Shown here: one piece after another, positions 1-9,638 of the stretch
Layout of the letters: the number at the start of each line of letters is the position of its first letter
Position numbering within the stretch: the first letter of the stretch is position 1
DNA from: Thermoplasmata archaeon
GTDB lineage: Archaea > Thermoplasmatota > Thermoplasmata > GCA-020350865
Direction: 5' to 3'
Length of the DNA stretch: 64,000 nucleotides
Assembly (NCBI GenBank): GCA_020348445.1
Contig: CP070751.1
Span: 3,681,002 to 3,745,001, forward strand
Translations under genes and position numbers: made by a program
The notes under the pieces: generated by a model
Told to the model about the DNA's origin: nothing
Database searches by the model: none
Seen by the model: the letters and a program-made list of their open reading frames with translations, nothing else

Positions 1-52
1 GGTTTTTGCGGACAGTTCTTTTGATTTTTAGGCTGGGGCATGGAGAGGTCGT

Positions 53-205
53 ATACACCTGATTTCGTATATCAATTTCGGTGGATAGAGTCGGGTAGAG
101 GGTGGTTTCATGCACCGGGTTTCATATGAAAATACACCGCATTTCGTATGCATTGCGTACACCGGATTTCGTATAGTATCGAGAAATATCAACCGAATTT
201 CGTAT
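53..205. repeat. Five imperfect 18-bp direct repeats (consensus ATACACCGGATTTCGTAT)
   Basis: Copies read at 53-70, 110-127, 132-149, 157-174 and 188-205; spacing irregular; intergenic. Confidence 0.7.
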
Positions 206-388
206 AGGATTTTTTGGAACTGGATAAGTGGATTTTAATGATCGAGAGATATTTTTGGTTTCCATCAGGTTATTGATGGGGGGGCCAAAATTATAAATAT
301 ATAAAAGTGGCATTATTACCATCAAGGTCTTGAGGGAGACACCAGGAAGGGTGTTTCTACTAAAGTCAGCGATTATGGAGTGTATTAA

Positions 389-3300
389 ATGAAAGTAAAG
401 AATAAGAGTATATTTTTATGTATCGTGATTATAACGAGTATTTCATCACCAATCACTCTGAATATTAGTGAGCCAAAGTCAGATTCCAGTGGAACAGGTG
501 GACTTGCAGATTCACCGTGGCCTATGTTTCGGCAAAATCTTAATCATACTGGTCTTAGTCCATATGACATGAGCGCAAATCCTGGTAAATTAAAATGGAG
601 TTTTGAGACTGGTGATTATGTTTTCTCCTCACCAGCAATTAATTCCGATGGGACAATTTATTTTGGTTCGACCGATAATAAAATATATGCAATCAATCCT
701 GACGGTTCTGAAAAATGGAATTTCACGACTGACGGAGATGTACACTCATCACCAGCAATAAGCTCGGAAGGTGAAATATATATAGGTTCAAAAGATGGTA
801 AGGTATATGCAATTAACTTAGATGGTACTGAGAAATGGACTTTTACGACTGGTTCTGATGTTGATTCATCACCAATAATTGGGTCCGATGGCACGATTTA
901 TGTTGGATCTCATGATTATAGATTATATGCTATCAACCCAGATGGTTCTGAGAAATGGACTTTTATGACTGGCAATAAGATAAATGACTGTTCACCCGCA
1001 ATCAATTCTGAAGGTATAATTTATATTGGATCTTCGGACAATAAATTTTATGCTATCAATCCCGATGGAACTGAGAAATGGAACTTTATCACAGGTGGGG
1101 TAATATCTTCATCACCTACAATTGGGGTTGATGGAACATTATATTTTGGATCAGGAGATGGTAATTTATATGCACTCAACTCTGATGGTTCCGAGAAATG
1201 GAGGTTTGCTATAGGTAGCTATATATTTTCCTCACCAGCAATAAACTCCGATAATATAATTTATGTTGGTTCGAATGATTATAAATTGTATGCAATCAAT
1301 CCTGATGGAACTGAGAAATGGAACTTTTTAACTGGATTTATTGTTGAGTCATCACCTTCTATTGGCTCTGATGGATCGATTTACTTTGGTTCTAAAGACA
1401 ATAAAGTATATGCAATCAATCCCGATGGAACTGAGAGATGGAATTTTACTACTAAAAACGGTATTTTATCGTCACCTGCAATTGATTCCGATGGAACGAT
1501 TTATATTGGCTCCTATGATAATAAACTGTATGCAATTGGATCACTTAATATACCACCTATCGCCAACTCAGGTCCAGACCAAATCATTAACGAAGGCTCT
1601 CTCATCCAATTCGACACCTCATCCTCCTACGACCCCGACGGCACAATCGAAACCTACGAATGGGATTTCGAAAGTGATGGGATCTATGATTACGTCGAGA
1701 CAGCTATTAACTCGCCTGACGGCATCTTTGATGGGAAGATAAATCACGTTTATGGTGATAATGGTGTATATATTGTGACCTTAAGAGTAACAGATGATAC
1801 TGGAGATAGCGATACAGACACTTGTGATGTTATAGTCAAAAATCTTGCGCCAACAATATATTCAATATCATCTCCCTCAGGTAGTGAAGGGGCTCCAATT
1901 ATATTCATATCCACCTCCACAGATCAAGGCAGCGACGATCTCACTTTCACATGGGAATGGGGAGATGGAACCTCTGCGACAACCACTACCTACTACAACA
2001 ATGGCGCTAGTCCAGATCCTCCTAAAAGCCCATGGGGAATATATCCATTTACAGTTATGGACACAGTCCAGCATACCTATGGCGACAATGGAGTATACAC
2101 TATCACAATGAAGGTTACAGACGATGATAGGGGAATTACTGTTATCACAGCCGAAGTTGTGGTCAACAATGTTGCTCCTACCATTACATTGGATATTACA
2201 CCATCTAGGGATGAGGGTTCGTCAATCACATTTGAAGCAGATGCAACTGATCCCGGAAGCGATGATCTGGCATTCTTCTGGGAGTTTGAATACGGCCCCA
2301 TTATCCAAAACAGATATTACAACAATGGTGTGAATCCTGAACCTGTTTACATGCCCATTACAAACGAGATTAAAAGTCCGCAAGGCACATATCCATTTAA
2401 TGCCTCAGACATTGTGACCCACACATATGGGGACAATTATAATTATACAATGATTCTAACAGTTACCGACGATGACGGTGCCGTGACCACGTATACGACC
2501 ATAGTTTCTGTGGACAATGTGGCTCCGTCCATTATCGAGCTCGCAATCCCATATGTGGCCTACGAGGGTACATCAGCTACTTACAGGGCGACAGTAAAAG
2601 ACCTGGGAAGCGATGATTTGACTTTTGAATGGGACTTTGGCGATTCGACTCCAGTCATCGAAAGAACATACTATAATAATGGAACCACTCCGGATCCGTA
2701 CCCGAGCCCCGATGGTATCTTTCCCTTTATTGCCCAGGATACGATAGACCATACTTATGGTGACAATTATAATTACACACTGACTTTCAAGGTAACTGAC
2801 GATGATGGGGATGTATCTACATTAACAACCACAGTGTATGTGGATAACGTTGCTCCTACAATCAAGCCTTTCGGGCCTTTTACAGTGGACGAGGGCATGC
2901 CATTGGATCTTACTGCAATTTCAACTGATTTAGGCAGCGACGATTTAACATTCACCTGGGAATTTGAATACGGACCAACATATGTGAATTCATACTACAA
3001 TGACGGCGCAGGGCCTGATCCTTATCCTAGTCCGTGGGGGATATACCCGTTCACTGCTACAGACAATGTTGGGCATATCTACGGCGACAATGGAGTGTTT
3101 GGCTTAACGTTGACAGTGGAAGATGATGATGGAGATTCAACTACTTTTATTACGAATATTACAGTAAAAAATGTGGCGCCAGTCATCGAGAAAATAGAGG
3201 CCTACGTGTATGTGAATATTTCCCTTAGGGTGGCAGGAGAAAAATATCACTCTGTAGATATTTACCTCTACGAGGAAGATTCTAAGATTTGGACGGGAAA

Positions 3301-3859
3301 GGTGACCAGGTACCCGGGAAGTCCTGATGAACAAAAGGCCAAGATTGCCAATGTCAAGCTGGACATGACCAAGAGATATTCAGCTAAAGTAGATTACCTC
3401 CCAAATGATCCAAGGATAAATGGCAACGTCTGGGGCGGCAATCCTGTATGGATAGAAATTGAATTTGAGAATGAATCAACAGCTCGCATACACCATACGT
3501 TCAACGTGCGGCAGTCCTACTGGAACAGCGACCACTGGAACCATATCGATCCCTGGGAGGTGGAGCTTAATCCCCACCTTGTGGGACACAACATAACTCT
3601 TGAGGGAATTGCCACCGATCCCGGCAGTGACGATCTAACCTTTACCTGGGATTTCGGAGACGGGGTAACTGCAGGGCCGACCACTTATTACAACAACGGA
3701 CTAAGTCCTGATCCTTACCCAAGTCCCGAGATAAATCCAATGAATGTTACGGATACTTGTGTGCATTCATACACTACTTCTGGGACTTATATGATTACTC
3801 TAGTTGTCGAGGATGATGATGGTGGGATTACGATAACAACCTTGGAAATCGGATTGTGA
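389..3859 (+). CDS. Secreted PQQ-like beta-propeller protein with tandem PKD domains
   Basis: N-terminal signal peptide; about 8 SSPAIxxDGTIYxGSxDxKxYAINPDGxEKW blades; repeated DxGSDDLTFxWxFGD...HTYGDNGxYxxTLxVTDDDG PKD units. Confidence 0.85.
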   Translation: MKVKNKSIFLCIVIITSISSPITLNISEPKSDSSGTGGLADSPWPMFRQNLNHTGLSPYDMSANPGKLKWSFETGDYVFSSPAINSDGTIYFGSTDNKIYAINPDGSEKWNFTTDGDVHSSPAISSEGEIYIGSKDGKVYAINLDGTEKWTFTTGSDVDSSPIIGSDGTIYVGSHDYRLYAINPDGSEKWTFMTGNKINDCSPAINSEGIIYIGSSDNKFYAINPDGTEKWNFITGGVISSSPTIGVDGTLYFGSGDGNLYALNSDGSEKWRFAIGSYIFSSPAINSDNIIYVGSNDYKLYAINPDGTEKWNFLTGFIVESSPSIGSDGSIYFGSKDNKVYAINPDGTERWNFTTKNGILSSPAIDSDGTIYIGSYDNKLYAIGSLNIPPIANSGPDQIINEGSLIQFDTSSSYDPDGTIETYEWDFESDGIYDYVETAINSPDGIFDGKINHVYGDNGVYIVTLRVTDDTGDSDTDTCDVIVKNLAPTIYSISSPSGSEGAPIIFISTSTDQGSDDLTFTWEWGDGTSATTTTYYNNGASPDPPKSPWGIYPFTVMDTVQHTYGDNGVYTITMKVTDDDRGITVITAEVVVNNVAPTITLDITPSRDEGSSITFEADATDPGSDDLAFFWEFEYGPIIQNRYYNNGVNPEPVYMPITNEIKSPQGTYPFNASDIVTHTYGDNYNYTMILTVTDDDGAVTTYTTIVSVDNVAPSIIELAIPYVAYEGTSATYRATVKDLGSDDLTFEWDFGDSTPVIERTYYNNGTTPDPYPSPDGIFPFIAQDTIDHTYGDNYNYTLTFKVTDDDGDVSTLTTTVYVDNVAPTIKPFGPFTVDEGMPLDLTAISTDLGSDDLTFTWEFEYGPTYVNSYYNDGAGPDPYPSPWGIYPFTATDNVGHIYGDNGVFGLTLTVEDDDGDSTTFITNITVKNVAPVIEKIEAYVYVNISLRVAGEKYHSVDIYLYEEDSKIWTGKVTRYPGSPDEQKAKIANVKLDMTKRYSAKVDYLPNDPRINGNVWGGNPVWIEIEFENESTARIHHTFNVRQSYWNSDHWNHIDPWEVELNPHLVGHNITLEGIATDPGSDDLTFTWDFGDGVTAGPTTYYNNGLSPDPYPSPEINPMNVTDTCVHSYTTSGTYMITLVVEDDDGGITITTLEIGL

Positions 3860-3977
3860 GATAAGGTAATGTGGTAATCAAGGAAAACAGAATGGAATAT
3901 AGTCTATCACCTTTTTTTTAACCATGGACTGTAACTTGACCTAAAAAGTTTTATAAACAATAGATGTTATATACGAA

Positions 3978-4796
3978 ATGAGGGATATTATGAAGAAAAG
4001 AGGAAGGCTTTCTGCAATCTTATTAATAATAAGCATTTTAAGCTGTGTGGTTTTGCCTGTTGCAAACGCTGAAACTTTGGACATAGGCACAAAAACTGCG
4101 GATTCAGATTTTAAGTGGTATACTTTCAGCTCAGGTATTGTTGTTTCGACAGGGGCAGATTATATAGATTATGCACCATTAATATTTGATGGAAATGAAA
4201 GTACTGGTTTAGATCATGATTTTGGGGCTGATCATAATCACATGAGTTTTACTTTGGGTTTTCCTCATTTATATTATATAACGAACATAACACTTAAGCC
4301 CCACTTCGGTGGAAACGTGTCAAAATATTCGCTTTCTCTCTATTATTTAGGCCAAAGTCGCGAAATGGTAACTGGTTCAAATATACAAAGTACGCTTCAT
4401 ATAAACAGGACACTAGAGGGGATAGGACTAAAACTTGATAGTAATGGGACAAATCATTTCTATTTTAATGATATGATAATAAATTATACTCCAAGCGTTT
4501 ATAATCATGATGAACTTCAAAATCAAATCAATAACCTCAATAATAGCGTCCTTCAGCTTGAATCTGAAAATGCAGCCCTTAAGGAAGAGATACAGAACCT
4601 TACAACAGAAATAGAAATCCTTAAAAGCACCGAGAAGCAACCAGATAATAATCTTGTTTATACGGCCATTATACTAGGAATCTTAGGTATTATTTTAGCC
4701 TTAGCAGCATTAATCTCGATTTCTAAAAAATTTGGCTCACAAGAACCATCTACTGCGAAAGAGGAATCTGAGGATATAATTCCTAAAGAGAAGTAA
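3978..4796 (+). CDS. Membrane-anchored surface protein (signal peptide, extracellular domain, coiled coil, C-terminal TM)
   Basis: Hydrophobic N-terminus, heptad stretch LQNQINNLNNSVLQLESENAALKEEIQNL, TM AIILGILGIILALAALISI. Confidence 0.75.
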   Translation: MRDIMKKRGRLSAILLIISILSCVVLPVANAETLDIGTKTADSDFKWYTFSSGIVVSTGADYIDYAPLIFDGNESTGLDHDFGADHNHMSFTLGFPHLYYITNITLKPHFGGNVSKYSLSLYYLGQSREMVTGSNIQSTLHINRTLEGIGLKLDSNGTNHFYFNDMIINYTPSVYNHDELQNQINNLNNSVLQLESENAALKEEIQNLTTEIEILKSTEKQPDNNLVYTAIILGILGIILALAALISISKKFGSQEPSTAKEESEDIIPKEK

Positions 4797-4860
4797 AAGT
4801 AAATGTGGTGAGTGTAAAAGGGCTTATTGGACAGGACGGAGGAATCGCACCAGGAGAAAG

Positions 4861-5007
4861 ATGAGAAACGTATCTAAGCCCATTCACGAAGAGGAAATTG
4901 AACAAAAGGTAATAGGAAAAGGGACCCCAAGGTTTTGTGGATATTGTGGAAAACCAGTAGGTGTTCCATAATGCAAAAATTGTGGCCGTTATGTTAAAAA
5001 TAGTTAG
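4861..5007 (+). pseudogene. Small zinc-ribbon ORF interrupted by an in-frame TAA (CGYCGKPVGVP*CKNCG)
   Basis: Manual translation from ATG 4861 (GGAGA upstream); two CxxC motifs in one frame, separated by TAA at 4969-4971. Confidence 0.5.
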
Positions 5008-5140
5008 ATTTCTCTGAAACAAGAAGATATGAAGAGATCTGAAGGAAATATGACACGTAATCCACCACAACTATTATATATCCCACTGCATGTATTGTGC
5101 ATACCAAGAGAAAATGGTTGAGATATAAGGGGGGATGTGA

Positions 5141-5923
5141 ATGCCAATATTTGAAAAAGCAACCGAGAGCCAGGTCACAAGAGCCATAGTGGAAAATTTC
5201 TCGAAACAGTTCTTAGAGTATGCTGAATCAGATGTCATCATAATAGGGGCAGGTCCAAGTGGCCTTATGGCTGCAAAAGAGCTTTCGCAAAAAGGAGTAA
5301 AGACCCTTTTAATTGAAAGAAACAATTATCTGGGTGGTGGATTTTGGATCGGTGGCTATCTAATGAACAAGGTCACGGTGAGGGCTCCTGCTCATGAGAT
5401 TCTGGATGAACTTGGCATTCCCTATGAGAAGGTAAACGAAGGCCTTTTTGTTGCTGATGGTCCCCATGCTTGTTCGAGATTGATTGCCGCAGCCTGCGAT
5501 GCCGGTGTAAAGACACTGAACATGACAAAGTTCGATGATCTTGTGCTCTACGAGGAGAACAGGGTTGGCGGTGTCGTTGTGAATTGGACACCTGTTTCTG
5601 CGCTTCCCAGGGAGATCACCTGTGTGGATCCCATTGCCCTTGAGGGTAAGATAGTTGTAGACGGAACAGGCCATGACGCCACAGTTGTCAAGTCCCTAGA
5701 GGAACGGGGCCTAATAAAGACAAGAGGTATGAATCCAATGTGGGTGGACCGCTCAGAGGAGATGGTTGTGGAGTACACAAGTGAAGTTCATCCCGGATTG
5801 GTTGTGATAGGGATGGCAGTGGCAACAACATTCGGTCTTCCGCGCATGGGCCCGACATTTGGAGGGATGCTGCTTTCAGGCAGAAAGGGGGCTGAGATTG
5901 TCTACGAGAAGCTCCAAAGGTGA
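5141..5923 (+). CDS. thi4: Thiazole synthase Thi4 (adenosine diphosphate thiazole synthase), Cys-type
   Basis: GAGPSG dinucleotide-binding motif, GGGFWIGG, TCVDP, DGTGHDA, PRMGPTFGGM. Confidence 0.93.
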   Translation: MPIFEKATESQVTRAIVENFSKQFLEYAESDVIIIGAGPSGLMAAKELSQKGVKTLLIERNNYLGGGFWIGGYLMNKVTVRAPAHEILDELGIPYEKVNEGLFVADGPHACSRLIAAACDAGVKTLNMTKFDDLVLYEENRVGGVVVNWTPVSALPREITCVDPIALEGKIVVDGTGHDATVVKSLEERGLIKTRGMNPMWVDRSEEMVVEYTSEVHPGLVVIGMAVATTFGLPRMGPTFGGMLLSGRKGAEIVYEKLQR

Positions 5924-6764
5924 AGTAAATAAAACCTCATTATCCTTTAACATCCCTGATTTTTTACATATTTACACAAACGAGTCCAATATAGATTGGA
6001 ATTTACTAAAGATTTATATTGAACAGAAAATTGGGACTGGGATTACTGTTGATGTACGGAAGGACTTCCTCTTTTATAATACAAGGGAGACCCAAGACCT
6101 GAATTTCATAGCAGAGCAATTGGTAAAGACTAAGGTCTTCGATGTCTCCAATCCAACAAGAGAGTACGATCCTTTTCCTGTGGAGATAAAACACGAAATG
6201 GATTTAATTAAAGATCCTGAGAAAAAGGTTTTCGGGATGCTGTACGATGGCTTCAAGCTACAGACATTATTTAGGGGATTAATTTCAAGTGGTGAATCGA
6301 ATTTCAAACATCTTCATCTTGTATTTACCAATCGATCCATCGGTACATGGGATAGGGGGGATGGAAGGTACCATGCAAGAACCAGTGTGTACGGATTTCC
6401 ATGCATCATCTCTTCACCGGGATTGGTGGAAGCACCTGCAAAACCCAGGGAGTTCTATATCCTAAGAAAGGCTTTGGTTGTCTCTGGCATGGCAAGGGAG
6501 TTGGTCGAAGCGGAGTTGAAGGATAAGTTCAGGGACACATTCATAGACTACGAGGATGAGAGGCTTACAGACATTGTCAAGGGCTATATCCTACAGGCTT
6601 TTTTCTATCACACCACCTTTGAGCCATTTTGCGAGGACAAGAACTGTCGGCTCTTTAACGCACACTGGCAGGAGGATATGATGCACGCTCAACTCACAGG
6701 CAAAGATTTTTGTGATAAACACGAAGGGATTTTGGAGGAAATAAAAACTAAAATGAAAAAATAA
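5859..6764 (+). CDS. Conserved archaeal protein, putative metallopeptidase (DUF6775-like); start uncertain
   Basis: C-terminal FCEDKNCRLFNAHWQEDM...FCDKH motif recalled from this family; the only canonical in-frame starts before the conserved FLHIY segment (5859 ATG, 5898 TTG) lie inside thi4. Confidence 0.6.
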   Translation: MEGCCFQAERGLRLSTRSSKGEVNKTSLSFNIPDFLHIYTNESNIDWNLLKIYIEQKIGTGITVDVRKDFLFYNTRETQDLNFIAEQLVKTKVFDVSNPTREYDPFPVEIKHEMDLIKDPEKKVFGMLYDGFKLQTLFRGLISSGESNFKHLHLVFTNRSIGTWDRGDGRYHARTSVYGFPCIISSPGLVEAPAKPREFYILRKALVVSGMARELVEAELKDKFRDTFIDYEDERLTDIVKGYILQAFFYHTTFEPFCEDKNCRLFNAHWQEDMMHAQLTGKDFCDKHEGILEEIKTKMKK

Positions 6765-6783
6765 AAAAAAACAGTGAGTCAAG

Positions 6784-7056
6784 TTAAATCAGAGCGTTTT
6801 CATCAAAATAATCTGGTGCGCATCTTCTTAGTTCTTTCATCATCATCTGGTGAACCAGCCTAGCTCCATCTGGTCCCAGAAAATCTCTTAAGGCCAGTTC
6901 CATTCTCTTTATGAATTCCTCGGCAAGCTCAGGAGTCAGTGTATCCACTGTCGCTTGAACCTCTGCCAGCTGTTTTCTTATAATTCCAGGCAGGACAATG
7001 GGGGCAATTGGATCCAGCCTCTCTTGAACGTTTTGAATAAATACCTTGGAATTCAT
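6784..7056 (-). CDS. Small helical protein resembling the C-terminal domain of the Rab-like GTPases at 22-25 kb
   Basis: GIIRKQLAEVQATVDTLTPELAEEFIKRMELA vs PILRKQFELAKFDPNHPTQEAIISAIERLAS, aligned by eye. Confidence 0.6.
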   Translation of the reverse strand: MNSKVFIQNVQERLDPIAPIVLPGIIRKQLAEVQATVDTLTPELAEEFIKRMELALRDFLGPDGARLVHQMMMKELRRCAPDYFDENALI

Positions 7057-7065
7057 ATCTTGTCC

Positions 7066-7392
7066 TCAAACCGAAAACTTCTTCAGCTGTTCTAGATGCT
7101 CTATGACCTTCTTGAAAATCATGAAGAAACAGAATCCAAGACCAAAAGCAATGATGGCTCCGGCGGCATTAAAGAGCCATGAATCACCTATTGCGCCTAT
7201 GAATCTCAATCCGTAGCTAACAAGATATAAAACAGATGCGATCAGAAGATACGTTACAGTTACCTCCACCATTCCCCCGCCTGTTAATTTCAATGCTTCC
7301 CTGCCCTTTGTCAACCCCATCATAACGGCGAATAGGGCGCAGAACACTCCTAACAGTTCCAAAATCGAAATAACGACCATGGGTATATCCAT
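7066..7392 (-). CDS. Small three-TM membrane protein, likely operonic with 6784-7056
   Basis: Three hydrophobic segments; GGTGG upstream; 9-bp gap to the next gene. Confidence 0.7.
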   Translation of the reverse strand: MDIPMVVISILELLGVFCALFAVMMGLTKGREALKLTGGGMVEVTVTYLLIASVLYLVSYGLRFIGAIGDSWLFNAAGAIIAFGLGFCFFMIFKKVIEHLEQLKKFSV

Positions 7393-7565
7393 AAAACCAC
7401 CGACAAAAAAATTGGCCTAGGAAATATATATTTATATTGTTCCAATTATCTAATTAGAACATTTATTTTATCGACCATTTCCTATCGTGCATTTTTCAGG
7501 TATCTAAAAAATCCACAACCTTAATAAACCCTGAGTCTTTTATGATTGGATAGATTTGATGACCT

Positions 7566-8909
7566 ATGGTACTCGAAGGTTTGGGCGACTCACTGAAAAC
7601 AACACTAAGAAAGATCGCAAACGCTCCACATATAGATAAAGAACTCATAAAGTCCGTGGTAAAGGACATCCAGAGGGCGCTGTTACAGGCTGATGTAAAT
7701 GTTCAGCTCGTTTTGGGCTTGACAAAGGAAGTGGAGAAAAGAGCACTTACAGAACGCCCGCCCGCTGGCATGAGCTCAAGGGAGCATGTGATCAGGATCA
7801 TCTACGAGGAATTGGTTAATATCCTAGGGGAGACAAAGGAAGTTCCCCTTAAAAAACAGATCATACTCATGGTTGGATTGTACGGCCAGGGAAAGACAAC
7901 CACAGCAGGAAAGCTTTCCAAATACTTCCAAAAAAAGGGCCTCAAGCCAGCTCTTCTTGCAGGAGACACTCACAGACCTGCAGCTTACGATCAGCTCAAA
8001 CAGATCGCGGATTTAGTTAGCGTTCCTTTTTATGGTGAACCAAAGGCAAAAAAAGCGGTAAAAGTCGTGAAAAACGGATTAAAAGAACTTTCTGACAATG
8101 ATGTAATCATCGTCGACACATCAGGAAGACATTCCCTCGAGGATGATTTGATAGCCGAGATAAAGAGCATTGGAAAGGTTACAAAGCCCACAGAAGTTCT
8201 TTTGGTGTTGGATGCGGCTGTGGGGCAACAAGCAGGGCCTCAGGCAAAGGCCTTTCACGAGGCAGTTAAAATAACAGGTGTTGTGCTTACAAAGTTGGAT
8301 GGCACAGCCAAGGGCGGGGGTGCGCTGAGCGCAGTTTCTGAAACCGAGGCTCCAATTGTCTTCATAGGGACAGGGGAGCATATAAACGACCTGGAGAAGT
8401 TCGAGCCTCCAAGGTTCATATCACGCCTTCTGGGAATGGGCGATATACAGTCACTTTTGGAAAAAGCCGAGGAGGTTGTTGACAAGGAAAGGGCTGAGGA
8501 GACCGCAAGGAAGATGCTATCTGGTAAATTCACTTTGATGGAGATGCGGGAGCAGTTGGACATGGTATCTGGGATGGGGCCTTTGAAGAAAGTGATGAGC
8601 ATGCTTCCTTTCATGCCCGGTGTTTCTGACAAAATCTCGGATATGGAGATGTACCAAACCCAGGATAGAATGCAGAAATTCAAGGTCATCATGGACAGTA
8701 TGACAGAAGAGGAAATGCTAAATCCAAAGCTAATCAAATCCCAGAGGATAACAAGGATAGCCAGGGGCTCAGGATGCGAGCCCAAGGATGTCAAGGAGCT
8801 TCTCAAGTACTACAACCAGACCAGAAAGATGATCAAGGGTTTTTCATCCAACAGAAAGATGAGGAAGGCGCTTATGAAGCAGCTCAAGTTCGGTGATATT
8901 GGGATGTAG
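7566..8909 (+). CDS. srp54: Signal recognition particle protein SRP54
   Basis: ALLQADVN, GLYGQGKTTT, DTSGRH, TKLDGTAKGGGALS, Met-rich M domain with RIARGSG. Confidence 0.97.
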   Translation: MVLEGLGDSLKTTLRKIANAPHIDKELIKSVVKDIQRALLQADVNVQLVLGLTKEVEKRALTERPPAGMSSREHVIRIIYEELVNILGETKEVPLKKQIILMVGLYGQGKTTTAGKLSKYFQKKGLKPALLAGDTHRPAAYDQLKQIADLVSVPFYGEPKAKKAVKVVKNGLKELSDNDVIIVDTSGRHSLEDDLIAEIKSIGKVTKPTEVLLVLDAAVGQQAGPQAKAFHEAVKITGVVLTKLDGTAKGGGALSAVSETEAPIVFIGTGEHINDLEKFEPPRFISRLLGMGDIQSLLEKAEEVVDKERAEETARKMLSGKFTLMEMREQLDMVSGMGPLKKVMSMLPFMPGVSDKISDMEMYQTQDRMQKFKVIMDSMTEEEMLNPKLIKSQRITRIARGSGCEPKDVKELLKYYNQTRKMIKGFSSNRKMRKALMKQLKFGDIGM

Positions 8910-8941
8910 CCTCGCTGTTTTTTCGGGGGGTTTGTAAAACA

Positions 8942-9541
8942 ATGCGTAGATTTGTGGTTGTAGGTCATCGTGCCATTACCTCATCCAAATTCAATTTAAA
9001 TGATCTCTGTGGTGCCACAGGAAGACTGGATGTGCTATTACGGTGCATAAACTCCGCTTTTTTTCTTTCCCACGATATACGAAGGGATGTGGAGCTTTAT
9101 TTGATTTTACAAGGGGAACCAGAACCTCCCAAGACCATCAGGTTGGTTGGAGACGAGCTCAAATACCTCAATCCAGATGAAAGAAGTACAGCTGCGCTGA
9201 TTCGAAACGCCCTAATAAAAAAAATTGGCAAGGATGAGGAGATGTCCACGCCTGGCATCTACATTTCTAAAAACGGTCTCGAAGAGGTAATAAAAGGATT
9301 AGCAAAGAACTCAACGCTTGTATATTTAAGGGAAGATGGAGGAATCTTTGAACCAACGGAGAAGGAGCAGGACTATACATTTATCTTAAGTGACGATAAG
9401 GATATGGATGAAAAGGAGGAGGCTTTATTAAAGGTATATGAACCTGAGATAGTAAGTCTTGGATCGATAAGTTACCACTCGGACCATTGTATTGTAATCG
9501 TAAATAATCTCATGGACAGGTTTTCCAATAATAGCCGTTGA
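8942..9541 (+). CDS. trmY: tRNA (pseudouridine54-N1)-methyltransferase (SPOUT)
   Basis: DLCGATGRLDVLLRC, LSHDIRRDV, LNPDERSTAALI, C-terminal SLG...HSDHCI. Confidence 0.9.
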   Translation: MRRFVVVGHRAITSSKFNLNDLCGATGRLDVLLRCINSAFFLSHDIRRDVELYLILQGEPEPPKTIRLVGDELKYLNPDERSTAALIRNALIKKIGKDEEMSTPGIYISKNGLEEVIKGLAKNSTLVYLREDGGIFEPTEKEQDYTFILSDDKDMDEKEEALLKVYEPEIVSLGSISYHSDHCIVIVNNLMDRFSNNSR

Positions 9542-9638
9542 TTTAGAAACTCAAGACTACTGTCAACATACGTTAATCCATTAAAAGTGCGCATACCATT
9601 ATGCTCATCCAATTTTGAAAAAATATCCTCCAATAGCA

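Noticed and set aside
53-205. CRISPR array
   Set aside because: The repeats are 18 bp and imperfect, with 4-39 nt gaps, and no cas genes are in view
5010-5140. TPP riboswitch upstream of thi4
   Set aside because: No CTGAGA or ACCTGAT...GCGNAGGGA core motifs on the sense strand
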